Of a DNA stretch of 64,000 bases, positions 42,055 to 54,416 are shown in pieces. The position numbers and the translations under genes are program-made. The stretch spans positions 2,400,001 to 2,464,000 of the forward strand of contig CAWELD010000003.1 of the NCBI GenBank assembly GCA_963809895.1. The letters are read 5' to 3'. The stretch comes from an uncultured Gemmatimonadales bacterium. Its GTDB lineage: Bacteria > Gemmatimonadota > Gemmatimonadetes > Longimicrobiales > Gaopeijiaceae. Numbering within the stretch: position 1 is the first letter of the stretch; each line of letters opens with the position of its first letter. The notes under the pieces are model-generated. The model did not search any database. It saw nothing but the letters and a program-made list of their open reading frames with translations, and was not told the DNA's origin.

Positions 42055-44304
42055 TCAGCGACGGATAGGCTCTGCGATCCGGCCGTCCACCCCGGTGGAG
42101 GGCACCAGCTCCAACGCGCGCCCCATGGGAGCGTGCAGAACCGCGTCGCCGCCCCGCGCGAACGCAACCACATGGCCGTTGGCCGCGTCTCTCACCACGA
42201 CGAGCGGGTTGTGCGCCGGGTCCCAGCGCAGCCGGACGCGCTCCCCGGGTAGACGCTCCACGGCGACCGCTGAAGGCGTCGCTGCAGCGGGGGCCCTTAT
42301 CTCGGTGGTCCGGACCCCGTCGCCGAGTCGAAGTGCTGCCAGTGCTCGCCCCGGATCTACCGGTACTGCGAAGGCGAACACGGCCGCTCCGTCGCCGACG
42401 TCGGCCACAGGCGTCGGCCGGAAACTCAGGTCGAAGACGCTGGCGCCGGTATCGTCCACGCCCTGGAGCCGGTACGGCCCCGCCTCGGCCGGGAGCGAGG
42501 GGGGCACCACCGCCCTGAACGCCGGCTCCAACACCAACGAGTCGCCCTCCGCCCGACCCCACACGATCAGCGATTCCGTCGGCTGACGAGAGGCGAGCGT
42601 CGCGGCCTCCGCCTCGGCGGCCCGGAACGCCAGCACGCCTTCGTACGTGTAGTCGCTGATCCAGAAGCGGTCGCCACAGTACGTGTAGGCCATGATGTCC
42701 GTGCGGTCCGGAAGCGGAATGCTGGAGTTCTTGATGTCGAAGCCGTAGATGCCGGTCGCCGCGTCGGCGTACGGGTAGTCTTCGTCCACACCTTCGGCTG
42801 TGCCGCACGGAGGATGACGACGCCCCCACGTGTGGCCCAGTTCATGGGCCACCAGAAGGGATTCCGTTTCCACCCCCACCGCCGCGGGCCCGCCCACCAT
42901 CCCCCATCCGCTCCACGCCGCGTTCTCCACGGAGGGCAGGACGCCGTAGTAGTAACGCTGGGATCCGTCGGCCACCCTGGCCGCCAGCACGCTGGCGACG
43001 ATGGGCGGGAAATCTTCGGACTGGCGGAGGTCGTACTCGCTGAGGTCCAGCGGCTCCCCCCTCACATCGCCGTCGATCTCGTCCAGCGGGTACATGCTCT
43101 CCACGTACCAGAGCATGAGCTCCGGGTTGTCGATGGCCCCCACCGCCCCGTTCACCAGGATCGGCACGAAGGTGACCTTGAACGGCGCGACCTCCTCCAC
43201 CACCGGCGACATGACCGCACCTCCACCGGGAAAGTCGTTGTCGCCCTCGTCGGTCTCCCCGATCTCGTCCTCGGGATCGACCTTCACCTCCACGCGGAGA
43301 CCGGGCGCCACCCACCGACCCTGCATCTTCAGGTTGTAGGAGCCGGGGGAGGACTCGCTCACTCCGGGTCCAGGAACGAAGTCCGGCGACGGAGCGAGGA
43401 TCTGGTCCACCAGGACCGCACCCCCGGCGTCGCGCAATGTCACTCGCACGTCCGGGCGTTGGCCGGTGGCGCGGCTCGCCTCGACGAACACCCTCAGCAA
43501 CCCGTCTCGCCCCGCCACCAGTGGCACGTCTCCGTTCCAGCGCTGGACACCCTGCACCAGATAGGCATTGGCCACCGTCAGATCGAGCGTAGTGGGATCG
43601 GCCACCGCGGAAAAATGAACCTCGCCCACCGACCCACCCGCCACGCGAGCCGTCGCCTCGGCAGCGCCCGCCTCTCGACCCATGCTCCAGGTGGCCGAGG
43701 CCACGCCGTCGGCGCCGGTGATGTCGTTCGCGCCTTGCAGGGTGCCGGCGCCCGCCGCCCACTCCACCTGGGCGCCCGCCACCGGATTCCCCCAGTGGTC
43801 CTCGACGCGCACGCTCAGCGGCTCGGGCAACGGCTCACCCGCCTCGGCGTGCTGGCCGTCACCCGAGAGCGCCACCATCTCTTCCGGCGCTCCGCCGACC
43901 GCCGTGGCCCTGACGGTTGCCGGAGGCACGCCGGAGACGCTCACGGTCGCGGCCACCTCGCCGGCCGCCGTGCCGAGCGTCCAGGTGGCCGAGGCCCGTC
44001 CGTCGCTGCCGGTCTCGGTCGATGCGGGCGAGAAGTCCCCTCCACCGGTCGGAACCGACCAGCTCACCACGACTCCCGGCACGCCTCCTCCCTCCTCGTC
44101 GGTCACCCACACCGTGACCGGCGCCGGCAGGGCCGTCCCCACCGTGGCCTGCTGCCCGTCACCCGACAGCACTCTCACCTCGGTGGGGACCGGAGGCGAC
44201 GACGCGTCTCCCCCGCAAGCGAGGGCGAGGGCGGTGAGGAGAAGGGCGGCCCCGGCGCGGGACGGGGAGATCCGACGGGCTCGAAAGAACCGTGAGGTGA
44301 GCAT
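42055..44304 (-). CDS. Lipoprotein with Ig-like (Big_1) domains and an M66-like zinc metallopeptidase domain
   Basis: LALAC lipobox, SGDGQ Big_1 repeats, VPLVAGRDGLLRVF, HELGHTWGRRH, DIMAY, WISDYTY; start uncertain. Confidence 0.78.
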   Translation of the reverse strand: MLTSRFFRARRISPSRAGAALLLTALALACGGDASSPPVPTEVRVLSGDGQQATVGTALPAPVTVWVTDEEGGGVPGVVVSWSVPTGGGDFSPASTETGSDGRASATWTLGTAAGEVAATVSVSGVPPATVRATAVGGAPEEMVALSGDGQHAEAGEPLPEPLSVRVEDHWGNPVAGAQVEWAAGAGTLQGANDITGADGVASATWSMGREAGAAEATARVAGGSVGEVHFSAVADPTTLDLTVANAYLVQGVQRWNGDVPLVAGRDGLLRVFVEASRATGQRPDVRVTLRDAGGAVLVDQILAPSPDFVPGPGVSESSPGSYNLKMQGRWVAPGLRVEVKVDPEDEIGETDEGDNDFPGGGAVMSPVVEEVAPFKVTFVPILVNGAVGAIDNPELMLWYVESMYPLDEIDGDVRGEPLDLSEYDLRQSEDFPPIVASVLAARVADGSQRYYYGVLPSVENAAWSGWGMVGGPAAVGVETESLLVAHELGHTWGRRHPPCGTAEGVDEDYPYADAATGIYGFDIKNSSIPLPDRTDIMAYTYCGDRFWISDYTYEGVLAFRAAEAEAATLASRQPTESLIVWGRAEGDSLVLEPAFRAVVPPSLPAEAGPYRLQGVDDTGASVFDLSFRPTPVADVGDGAAVFAFAVPVDPGRALAALRLGDGVRTTEIRAPAAATPSAVAVERLPGERVRLRWDPAHNPLVVVRDAANGHVVAFARGGDAVLHAPMGRALELVPSTGVDGRIAEPIRR

Positions 44305-44518
44305 TGCTTGCCTGGCAGGCGACCGCTTCACGAGCTGGTCGGCGGGTCGCATCCACGTCTGGAACCGGACCGAGACCGGGTCCACTGCGGATAAGGTACG
44401 TCGCTTGCGACCGTTCATTTCGGTCGAGCCGGACGTACCGGCACGTCGATTGCGATCTCCATCCTCGAAACATACAATGTAGTGATCGTAGCCCAGGTCA
44501 CCCCGACGGAGGCAGGTC

Positions 44519-44854
44519 ATGGCCCTCGGCGAACTCGAGCAGGTCGTCCTCTTTGCGCTCGCCCGCCTCGAAGGACAGGCCCACGGCGCCTCCATCTCAC
44601 GGGAGATCGAAGAGCGCGTCGACCGTGTCGTCGCGCCCGGCGCCCTCTACACCGTCCTGGACAGGCTCGAGAGCAAGGGGTTCGTCGAGTCGTGGATCGG
44701 TGACTCGACGCCCGAGCGGGGCGGCCGACGACGGAAGGAATACCGCCTTCTTCCGGAGGGCGCCCGGGAGCTGCGCGACTGGTACTCGGGAATCCGGAGG
44801 ATCGCCGAAGATGCGTTGCCGAACCTGGACGCCATCGCTGAGGGGGCGACATGA
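44519..44854 (+). CDS. PadR family transcriptional regulator
   Basis: LGELEQVVL, GALYTVLDRLE.KG, ERGGRRR. Confidence 0.9.
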   Translation: MALGELEQVVLFALARLEGQAHGASISREIEERVDRVVAPGALYTVLDRLESKGFVESWIGDSTPERGGRRRKEYRLLPEGARELRDWYSGIRRIAEDALPNLDAIAEGAT

Positions 44855-47574
44855 CGCGCGGTCCGGATCCGCGCCCCCGCCGGACGCTGCTCTCCGTGTG
44901 CCGCGGACTGACGCGCTGGGTGGCGGAGCGCCTCCTGCCCGACGACAGCCGGGAGTTCATCGTCGGCGACCTCGAGGAGCTGCATCGTACCTGGACGGAA
45001 CGTCACGGAAGGGCGGCCGCCGACCGGCGGTACATCAGGGCGCTCGGAGCCTCCGTCCTGGCTCGCCTGGGAAGGAGAGCGCGGCGGCCGGCGCGAGACG
45101 CGTGGCGCTCCCGGACGCGCCACACGGAGGAGTTCGTCACCGACCTCCGCCACGCCGCCCGCGACATACGGCGACGCCCCGGACTCGTGGCGGCCGTCTC
45201 GCTCACGCTGGGCATCGGCGTGGGCGGCGCCGCCACCGTGTTCGGCATGGTGGATCAGCTTCTGTTGCGACCACCGCCGGGTGTCCACGACGCGGGGACC
45301 GCTGCCTTCCTGGAATTCGCCACGCCTGACCGTGGCCAGGAGGGGGTCTCCATTCCCCTCGCTCGAGCGGTGCGGGAGGCGGCGGGCACCCTGAGCGGCC
45401 TCGCCACATTCGACTACCTCCAGGTCCATCTCTCGGCCGATGGCGGCCGGCCCCTGAACAGGCGCTCCTACACCGTGTTCGGCGACTACTTCGAGCTACT
45501 GGAGGTGCGACCGCGCGTGGGACGTCTGCTCGCGGCATCGGAGACGGGCCCGGGCTCGGACCCGACGCGCGCCGTCATCAGCGAAAGCCTCTGGGACGAT
45601 CTGTTCGCCCGGGACCCGGACGTCGTCGGTCGGCACTTCGAAGCGAACGGGAAGACGCTCACGGTCCTGGGAGTCGCGGCGGAAGGATTCCGTGGCACGG
45701 ATCGGAGCTGGGGCGTAGACCTTTGGGTGCCGCGGTCGGCATTCTCGCTGCTGACGAACTATCCCATCGAGCGACTCTGGCTCGAGAGCAATCGACTGAA
45801 TCAGGATTTCGTGGTGAGGGCCGCCGACGGCGCGAGCACCGATGCGGTCGCATCCGAAGTGAACGCGATTCTCCAGGGTCTTGCCCAGGTCCAGCCGGAC
45901 CAGGCGACGTACCTGTCGACTCTGAAGGCGGTGGTTCATCCCGGCGTGACCATCCCGGTCGGTCGTCGCTCCTACGTCCTGCCGGCACTCACGGTGTTCT
46001 CGGTGGCGGGGCTTCTGATCCTTCTCATCACCTGCGCCAACGTGACGAACCTGCTCCTGGTACGCGCATCCAGATCAAGCGGGGAAATCGCGGTGCGGAG
46101 GGCGTTGGGGGCATCGAAGTCGCGCATCGTGCGAGGAGCGCTCGTAAGGAGCCTCCTGTTGGCCACGTCGGGCGTCGTGGTCGGGTTCGGCGTGGCGTGG
46201 TTGATCGGCCGCGCGATCCAGGGAGAGAGTCTCTGGGGATTCCCGGGATTCGAGGGACTCGCATTGGATTGGAGCGTGGTGATCTTTGCCGGCGGCTCGA
46301 TCGTGGTGACGGCGCTGCTGTCGGGGATCGTGCCGGCGATGGTCGAAGCGCGCTTCAAGCCGGAGGCCGGCCTACGAGACGTCGCACCTCAGGCCACGCG
46401 CCGCCACGATCGGCTGAGACACGCCATGTCGGCGCTCCAGATCGGACTCTCTCTGAGTCTACTCATCGGGAGTATCCTTCTGCTCCGCACCGTCAGAAAC
46501 CTCTTCGACGTGGATCCCGGCTTGGACATGGCCGGTGTCTACGTGGCCTCGATCGATATGGGAACCGAGAGCCTGGAAGGTGACGCCCTGCGCGCATTCC
46601 ACCGCCGACTCCTGGATGGCCTGGCCGACGTGCCGGGTGTCTCGGGCGTAGCGCTGCAGTCGTTCTACGGCCCCTATGAAGGCGCCCTCTCCAGTCGAGT
46701 CACGACATCACCCGACGCGGACGAAGCGCCCGCCTGGCTCGGCACCCACTGGGTGACGCCCGGTTGGTTCGATCTGCTCGGGGTCGCGGCGGTGCGCGGC
46801 CGCCTGTTCCGGGCCGGTGAATCGGCATCCGCGACCCACACGTCCGTCGTGGTCACGTCCAAGCTGGCGAATCGCCTGTTCGGCGGGACCGATGTGGTCG
46901 GACGCGCACTGTGGATCGGGGGCAGAGATCTTCACGAGGCCCGCATCATCGGGGTCGTGGGTGACGTCCGCTTGATAGATCTCGCGTCACCCCCCGATGA
47001 AGCCCTCTTCCTGCCCTACCCTCCCGATCAGACCGATCCCGTCACCGCCCTGATCCGGGTGACCGACAGTGGAGCCGGCGCAGCCGAGCGGCTCCAGCGT
47101 GCCATCGCGGCGCTCGCCCCAGCGTTCCCCATTCCGCAGCTTCAACTGCTACGCTCACGCGTCGAGGAGGACTTCTCGGAACAACGGGTCCTCTCCCGTC
47201 TCCTCGGGGTCTTCTCCACCCTCGCGTTGCTGCTGGCGGGCGTGGGCCTCTACGGAGTCATCGCCTTCACTGTGGCTGGAAGGCGGCGGGAATTCGCCAT
47301 TCGCATGGCGTTGGGGGCCGACCGGGCCAGGATCTCGAAGCTGGCCCTTCGATCGGCCCTGTTCCCTGTCCTCGTCGGCACGGCGCTGGGCCTGGTGGGC
47401 GCGTACGGTCTCTCCAGGCTCCTGGAGAGCCACCTCTTCGGAATCGCCGCGCTCGACCCCGCATCCTATCTCGGAGCCGCCGCGCTGATGGCCACGGTGG
47501 CGATCGTCGCCGCGTGGCTACCGGCCCGCACCGCTGCCCGTACCGACTCCGTGACCACGCTGGCCAGCGAGTAG
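44851..47574 (+). CDS. ADOP/MacB-type duplicated ABC permease
   Basis: IVGDLEE prefix, LTLGIGVG, LLITCANVTNLLL, REFAIRMALGA; ATGA overlap with PadR. Confidence 0.88.
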   Translation: MTRGPDPRPRRTLLSVCRGLTRWVAERLLPDDSREFIVGDLEELHRTWTERHGRAAADRRYIRALGASVLARLGRRARRPARDAWRSRTRHTEEFVTDLRHAARDIRRRPGLVAAVSLTLGIGVGGAATVFGMVDQLLLRPPPGVHDAGTAAFLEFATPDRGQEGVSIPLARAVREAAGTLSGLATFDYLQVHLSADGGRPLNRRSYTVFGDYFELLEVRPRVGRLLAASETGPGSDPTRAVISESLWDDLFARDPDVVGRHFEANGKTLTVLGVAAEGFRGTDRSWGVDLWVPRSAFSLLTNYPIERLWLESNRLNQDFVVRAADGASTDAVASEVNAILQGLAQVQPDQATYLSTLKAVVHPGVTIPVGRRSYVLPALTVFSVAGLLILLITCANVTNLLLVRASRSSGEIAVRRALGASKSRIVRGALVRSLLLATSGVVVGFGVAWLIGRAIQGESLWGFPGFEGLALDWSVVIFAGGSIVVTALLSGIVPAMVEARFKPEAGLRDVAPQATRRHDRLRHAMSALQIGLSLSLLIGSILLLRTVRNLFDVDPGLDMAGVYVASIDMGTESLEGDALRAFHRRLLDGLADVPGVSGVALQSFYGPYEGALSSRVTTSPDADEAPAWLGTHWVTPGWFDLLGVAAVRGRLFRAGESASATHTSVVVTSKLANRLFGGTDVVGRALWIGGRDLHEARIIGVVGDVRLIDLASPPDEALFLPYPPDQTDPVTALIRVTDSGAGAAERLQRAIAALAPAFPIPQLQLLRSRVEEDFSEQRVLSRLLGVFSTLALLLAGVGLYGVIAFTVAGRRREFAIRMALGADRARISKLALRSALFPVLVGTALGLVGAYGLSRLLESHLFGIAALDPASYLGAAALMATVAIVAAWLPARTAARTDSVTTLASE

Positions 47575-47586
47575 ACGCGCCCGACC

Positions 47587-49533
<1,947 letters not shown>

Positions 49534-49566
49534 TCAGGGATGGGGTTCCGGGGAAGGGGCCGTGCC

Positions 49567-49875
49567 CTATCCTTCCTCCGACAGCACGAAAACCAGCTTC
49601 TCCAGGGGAGCGTCCTCGTGGCCCTCGTTGAGCCGTGAGAGGATCTCCCCCTTGATCATGTTCAGCTCCATCAGCCAGGCGCTGGAGCGCACCTCCACGA
49701 ACAGCGTGGCCTCGGCCACGGAGCGGGGCCGGGTCACCCCGGCGATGCGCTCCCCTACCCTGGCGGCCCACTCCTCCAACACCGAGGCCCGCTCGACCTG
49801 GCGGCGCATCCCCTTCTTGTCGAGGAAGTCGCCGAGCAGGTCACCCACCCGCGTGGGACCCCTCGAGCCCGTCAC
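49567..49875 (-). CDS. DUF721 / DciA family protein
   Basis: W...VGE.IA..T.P, L.V.V.SSAW..EL; lies between recF and gyrB. Confidence 0.85.
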   Translation of the reverse strand: MTGSRGPTRVGDLLGDFLDKKGMRRQVERASVLEEWAARVGERIAGVTRPRSVAEATLFVEVRSSAWLMELNMIKGEILSRLNEGHEDAPLEKLVFVLSEEG

Positions 49876-50990
49876 GTCTGGATCCTGCCACCGGCGATGT
49901 GCCAGCGCGGCAGCACGTCTTTCCGTAGGCGCACGTCGCTCTCCTTGGGCGCCGTGAGGATGACCTGTCCGGTCTCCTCACGCTCGATCAGCGCCAGGAT
50001 GCGCTCCCCCCGCCCCTGGTCCAGCTCGGCGAAGACATCGTCCAGCAGCACCAATGGCTCCTGGCCCCGGGCCTCACGAATGGTGCGAGCTTCGGTGAGC
50101 CGGAGCGCCAGCGCCGCCGTGCGCCGCTGCCCGCCGGACCCGAACTCTCGAACCTCGAGATCCCGCTCCCCCTCCAACGAGATGGAGAGCTCGTCGCGGT
50201 GCGGGCCCACGACCGTGGTACCCAGGCGCCGCTCTCGCCCCGCCGAGTCGGCCAGCGCCTCGCCGAAGGCCGTGGCCATCCCCTCCAGCGTCGTCTCTCC
50301 GTCGAGACGCACGCTGGGCTTGTAGCTCTGCACGGCGCCCTGGCCCCCGGACACCTCCACGTAGAACGCCGTGAAGGCGTCCCCCCAACCCTCGATCCAG
50401 CGGGCCCGCTCGTACATGACGCGTGCACCGGCGCGGACCAGACCGTCGTCCCACAAGCCAACCATGTCAGCCGACTGATCCTCCTTCAGAGCCGCGTTCC
50501 GCTGCGACAGGATGTGCCTGTATTCCTGGAGCGCGCCCAGATAGCCCTCCGCATTGAGCGAGAGAACGATGTCGAGGAAGCGCCTCCGCTCCGCCGGTCC
50601 CTCGTTGATGAGCGACACGTCGGCAGGTGAGAACACGACCGCGGCCAATCGGCCCAGAGCGTCGGACAGGCGTTCGGGCTCGCGCCCCTCCACGGTGACC
50701 TTCTTCCGCCTTCCGCTGCGCTGGAAGGCCGCCGTCAGCGTGGGTCGGGGCGCGCACTCCTCGTCCTCCAGCCCGGCCACGATCCGAAACGCCTCTTCGC
50801 CGAAGGCCACGAGCTGATCGTCCCGCGCTCCGCGGAAGGACCGGAAGGTCTCGAGATAGTAGATGGCCTCGAGGAGATTGGTCTTCCCCTGGGCGTTCTC
50901 ACCCACCAGGGCCGCACCTTCGGGGGGTACGGTCACCTCCTGGACGCCCAGGTTGCGGAAGTGCCGGAGGGACAGCTGTCTCAGGCGCAC
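49872..50990 (-). CDS. recF: DNA replication/repair protein RecF
   Basis: FRN, GENAQGKTNLLEAI, GP.ERRRFLD, GPHRD, GSGGQ, LLDDVFAELD; GTG start. Confidence 0.95.
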   Translation of the reverse strand: MRLRQLSLRHFRNLGVQEVTVPPEGAALVGENAQGKTNLLEAIYYLETFRSFRGARDDQLVAFGEEAFRIVAGLEDEECAPRPTLTAAFQRSGRRKKVTVEGREPERLSDALGRLAAVVFSPADVSLINEGPAERRRFLDIVLSLNAEGYLGALQEYRHILSQRNAALKEDQSADMVGLWDDGLVRAGARVMYERARWIEGWGDAFTAFYVEVSGGQGAVQSYKPSVRLDGETTLEGMATAFGEALADSAGRERRLGTTVVGPHRDELSISLEGERDLEVREFGSGGQRRTAALALRLTEARTIREARGQEPLVLLDDVFAELDQGRGERILALIEREETGQVILTAPKESDVRLRKDVLPRWHIAGGRIQT

Positions 50991-51237
50991 GCGCGCGCGT
51001 CGGGAGGGACTCCAATGGGCATGGAGAAAACTACCACATCCGGAGGTCCGGGACCACCCCGGCCGAGGGGCTGAAATGCCAGACGCCGCAACGATTTCGG
51101 GGCCATCCATCGGCAGACGGCTCAGCCCGGACTGACACCTTCGGAGGCCCATCGGCGTATTCATACCCGGAGCCATGATCGCGCTGGCGGCCGGGGGGAG
51201 CATCCGGCCGGACCCGCGACTCCCAGGGAGACCCGGA

Positions 51238-51636
51238 ATGCCCCTCTCGAAGACCCTTCGCCTGGCTGCGGCGGTGTTGTTCGCCGCAAGTCTGCCCTCG
51301 TGCGCCACCACCGCCCGCTATCCCGGGGATCGGCAAGCCAACGCGGTCACCATCGTCGTCAACAACAAGAGCTCGACGCTGAGCTCCATGACCGTGCACC
51401 TGCTGACTCCCGATGGCGTGCGCCAGCGCCTGGGCACGGTGAACCTGAACGAGTCCCGCTCCTTCACGGTCCAACGCGCGTACATCAGCGGCACCTACCG
51501 CCTCATGGCCGAGCCCCTGGGTCAGCGCGACCTCTACTCCCACGAGTTCACGCTCTCGGAAGGCGACCTCGTGGAATGGAACCTGAAGCAGAACTACGTT
51601 CAGCTTCGCGGGACGACGCGCACCTACGAGGACTGA
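51238..51636 (+). CDS. Hypothetical lipoprotein
   Basis: LPSC lipobox, V.N...M.V...RQRLGTV beta-sandwich pattern. Confidence 0.7.
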   Translation: MPLSKTLRLAAAVLFAASLPSCATTARYPGDRQANAVTIVVNNKSSTLSSMTVHLLTPDGVRQRLGTVNLNESRSFTVQRAYISGTYRLMAEPLGQRDLYSHEFTLSEGDLVEWNLKQNYVQLRGTTRTYED

Positions 51637-51665
51637 GGCCCGTCGACGCGGACCTCGACCAGGGG

Positions 51666-52451
51666 TCAGCCGCCGCCGAACTCCGGCTTCCGCTTCTCCA
51701 GGAACGCCGTCATCCCCTCCTTCATGTCGTCGGTGGAGGCGAGCAGGCCGAAGAGGGCGGACTCGAAGTCCAGCGCTTCGCGGGTCGAGCTGTCCATGGC
51801 GCGATAGATGGACTCCAGCGCCATGCGCACCGCCACCGGACCATTCTTGGTCACCCGGCGGAGGGACGCCTTGGCACGCTCCAGCAACTCGGCGCGGGGG
51901 ACCACCGCGGTGACGAGCCCCATGGCTTCGGCTCGCGCGGCGTCCACCATGTCGCCGGTGAGCGTCATCTCCACCGCGCGGCCCAGGCCCACGAGTCGGG
52001 CCAGGCGGATGGTCCCGCCGTAGCCGGGAATGATGCCCAGCCCGACCTCGGGGAGGCCGAAGCGGGCGTTCTCGCTGGCGATGCGCATGTGGCAGGCCAG
52101 CGCCAGCTCGCATCCGCCCCCCAGCGCGTAACCGCCCACCGCGGCCAGCACCGGCTTGGGAAAACGCTCGATGGCCAGGTACACCGCCTGGCCCGCGCGG
52201 CTGACGGAGACGCCGGACTGGGGCGTCATCACCGCCAGCTCGCCGATGTCCGCGCCCGCGACGAACGCCTTCTCGCCGGCGCCCGTGACGATGACGCCGC
52301 GCACGTCGTCGTCGCCGCGAAGCTCCTCGAACACCTGGCCGAGCTCGCCGATGACCTCGGCGTTCAGGGCGTTCATCTTCTCCTGCCGGTCCACGGTGAC
52401 GACGGCGAGGTCACCGTCCCAGTCCACCCGGATGTAGTTCAGATCGCTCAT
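51666..52451 (-). CDS. Enoyl-CoA hydratase/isomerase (crotonase)
   Basis: AFVAGADI, ALGGGCELALACH, FGLPEV.LGIIPG.GGT. Confidence 0.93.
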   Translation of the reverse strand: MSDLNYIRVDWDGDLAVVTVDRQEKMNALNAEVIGELGQVFEELRGDDDVRGVIVTGAGEKAFVAGADIGELAVMTPQSGVSVSRAGQAVYLAIERFPKPVLAAVGGYALGGGCELALACHMRIASENARFGLPEVGLGIIPGYGGTIRLARLVGLGRAVEMTLTGDMVDAARAEAMGLVTAVVPRAELLERAKASLRRVTKNGPVAVRMALESIYRAMDSSTREALDFESALFGLLASTDDMKEGMTAFLEKRKPEFGGG

Positions 52452-52615
52452 CGGATTCGGTCGATGGAAAGGCCACACGGAAGGGCCGGACGCGGGGTCG
52501 GACCCGGAGCGGGGAACGTAGAGGGTGGACGTCCCACACGGCAATGGAAAAAGCCGGTCCGACCCCTTACCTTTGGCGCCCGTGCATCCCTCGCAGAGCA
52601 AGGAGTCCCAGCGCA

Positions 52616-53086
52616 ATGAGCCGGTCCCTGAACAAGGTCACGCTCATCGGCAACGTCGGCAGCGACCCCGAGATCCGGGCCACGTCCGGAGGGTCCCGCG
52701 TCGCCAAGGTGTCCCTGGCCACCAACCGGAGCTTCCAGGACCGGACCGGCCAGCAGCAGGAGAAGACCGAGTGGCATCGCCTCACCTTCTTCGGTCGGCT
52801 CGCGGACATCGTCGAGCAGTACGTCAAGAAGGGCGACCGCCTCTACGTCGAGGGACGGATCGAGTACTCCCAGACGCAGGACGACTCCGGCAACACGCGC
52901 TACTGGACCGACATCGTCATCAACGAGATGATCATGCTCGGCTCCGGCGGCGGAGGCGACATGGGAGGCGGCGATCCGGGTGGCAGCTACGGTGGCGGCC
53001 GCTCGGGTGGATTCGGTGGGGGTGGCCAGGGCGGCGGACAGGGCGGCGGCTCGCTCTCCGAGCCGGACGACGACCTGCCCTTCTGA
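52616..53086 (+). CDS. ssb: Single-stranded DNA-binding protein
   Basis: LNKVTLIGN...DPE, TEWH, Gly-rich linker, DDDLPF tail. Confidence 0.97.
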   Translation: MSRSLNKVTLIGNVGSDPEIRATSGGSRVAKVSLATNRSFQDRTGQQQEKTEWHRLTFFGRLADIVEQYVKKGDRLYVEGRIEYSQTQDDSGNTRYWTDIVINEMIMLGSGGGGDMGGGDPGGSYGGGRSGGFGGGGQGGGQGGGSLSEPDDDLPF

Positions 53087-53103
53087 GGCTCACTTCGAAG
53101 AAA

Positions 53104-53145
53104 CGAAACCCCGCCGCGTCCGAATCGTGACGCGGCGGGGTTTCG
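53104..53145. terminator. Bidirectional intrinsic terminator between ssb and the cytochrome c gene
   Basis: CGAAACCCCGCCGCGTC...GACGCGGCGGGGTTTCG perfect 17-bp stem. Confidence 0.8.
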
Positions 53146-53167
53146 CACACTGCGGGGTCGTGGCGGG

Positions 53168-54064
53168 TCAGCCCTCGCCCCCCGTGGGACGCGGGGGCAG
53201 CGAACGCAGGAAGAGCCACACCGCCTGGAGCTCGTCGTCTTCCATGGAACGCGTGGAGCGCCACGGCATGACGTCCGACAGCTGGGTGCCGTCGGGCCGG
53301 CGTCCTTCCGTGAGTGCACGCTTGAAGTCCTCGAAGGCCCAGTTCCCCAGCCCCTCGTCGGGATTGGGCGTGAGGTTGGCCGAGCGAGGTGCGCCCGGCT
53401 GAATCTCGACGCCCCCGTTGAGCTCCTCGCCGTGGCAACCGGCGCACAACGTGGCGAGGTAGGCCCCGTATTCGCGGGTGGCGCCTCGGGCGGGCGCTTC
53501 GACCGGCGATGCGTGGTGATCGATGCGGTTCGCCTCGACGAGTCCCCCGCTCGTGATGATCATGCGCGCCACCGGACCCAGGGTGCGTGGCCCGAGGTCG
53601 TGGTCGACGGGTGGCAGCGTCTGCAGGTAGGCTACGATGCGGCCCAGGTCACCGTCCCCGAGCCTGGCGTACTCCGACGAGGGCATGATGACGAGCAGTC
53701 GGCCGTCGTGCCCGATCCCGTGTCGTAGCGCCCGGAACCAGTCCTCCGGCGCGTTGGTGGCACCGACGCCGCCCTGCCCAGGCGTCAGGTTGGGTGCCAC
53801 GATGTGTCCCATGGGCGCCGCGTCGATCAGCACCTGGCCGCTCAGGTCCGGCCCATGACATTCGGTGCACCCGAACGCCACCGTCAGACGCTTGCCTTCG
53901 GCGAGGGATTCGGGGTCCGTGGGGATCGGCGGAACCCGCACCTCCACATCGAACGACTTCGACAGTTTGCGTGCGCTCAGCGCGTACACGCCCCCCACCG
54001 CCACCACCAACACGAGCACCAGCACACCCACGCCCACGACCAACCACTTCAGGACTCGCTTCAT
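53168..54064 (-). CDS. Membrane-anchored diheme cytochrome c
   Basis: N-terminal TM helix, CTECH and CAGCH, APNLT/ANLT, two MP axial motifs. Confidence 0.88.
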   Translation of the reverse strand: MKRVLKWLVVGVGVLVLVLVVAVGGVYALSARKLSKSFDVEVRVPPIPTDPESLAEGKRLTVAFGCTECHGPDLSGQVLIDAAPMGHIVAPNLTPGQGGVGATNAPEDWFRALRHGIGHDGRLLVIMPSSEYARLGDGDLGRIVAYLQTLPPVDHDLGPRTLGPVARMIITSGGLVEANRIDHHASPVEAPARGATREYGAYLATLCAGCHGEELNGGVEIQPGAPRSANLTPNPDEGLGNWAFEDFKRALTEGRRPDGTQLSDVMPWRSTRSMEDDELQAVWLFLRSLPPRPTGGEG

Positions 54065-54068
54065 ACGC

Positions 54069-54416
54069 TCAACCTCCGGGATTGTCGACGTCCTCCTCCC
54101 ACAAGCCCATGAGATAGGTGTCGTAGAGATCGGGATGAGCCCGGTAGTCCTCGACCCACACCTCGAAGGGCGGAAGCACGACTCGCGCCGAGAGCCACTC
54201 CGTGGCCACCTGCATCATGCCCATGTATGAAACGTCGCCCACACCACCCCCTTCACGGGCGGCCTTCTGGGCAACGAGGTAGATTTCGTCCGGCGTGAGA
54301 TACAACAGCAGATCGGCGAGTTGGGCCGAACAGTAGTCCAGGTACTTCGCCCGGAGGATTCCCTCCGTCTCCTCACGACTCGGGTCGCGGGGCTTGGGCG
54401 GATCGGCGCCGTTCAC
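54069..54416 (-). CDS. Hypothetical protein, 'domain A' only (LRxxYxxY...LPPFEVWxxDY)
   Basis: GTG start; shares motifs with 55230-55838 and 57230-57940. Confidence 0.7.
   Translation of the reverse strand: MNGADPPKPRDPSREETEGILRAKYLDYCSAQLADLLLYLTPDEIYLVAQKAAREGGGVGDVSYMGMMQVATEWLSARVVLPPFEVWVEDYRAHPDLYDTYLMGLWEEDVDNPGG

Noticed and set aside
52940..53050. GGC/GGT-rich repeats
   Set aside because: They encode the ordinary Gly-rich SSB linker
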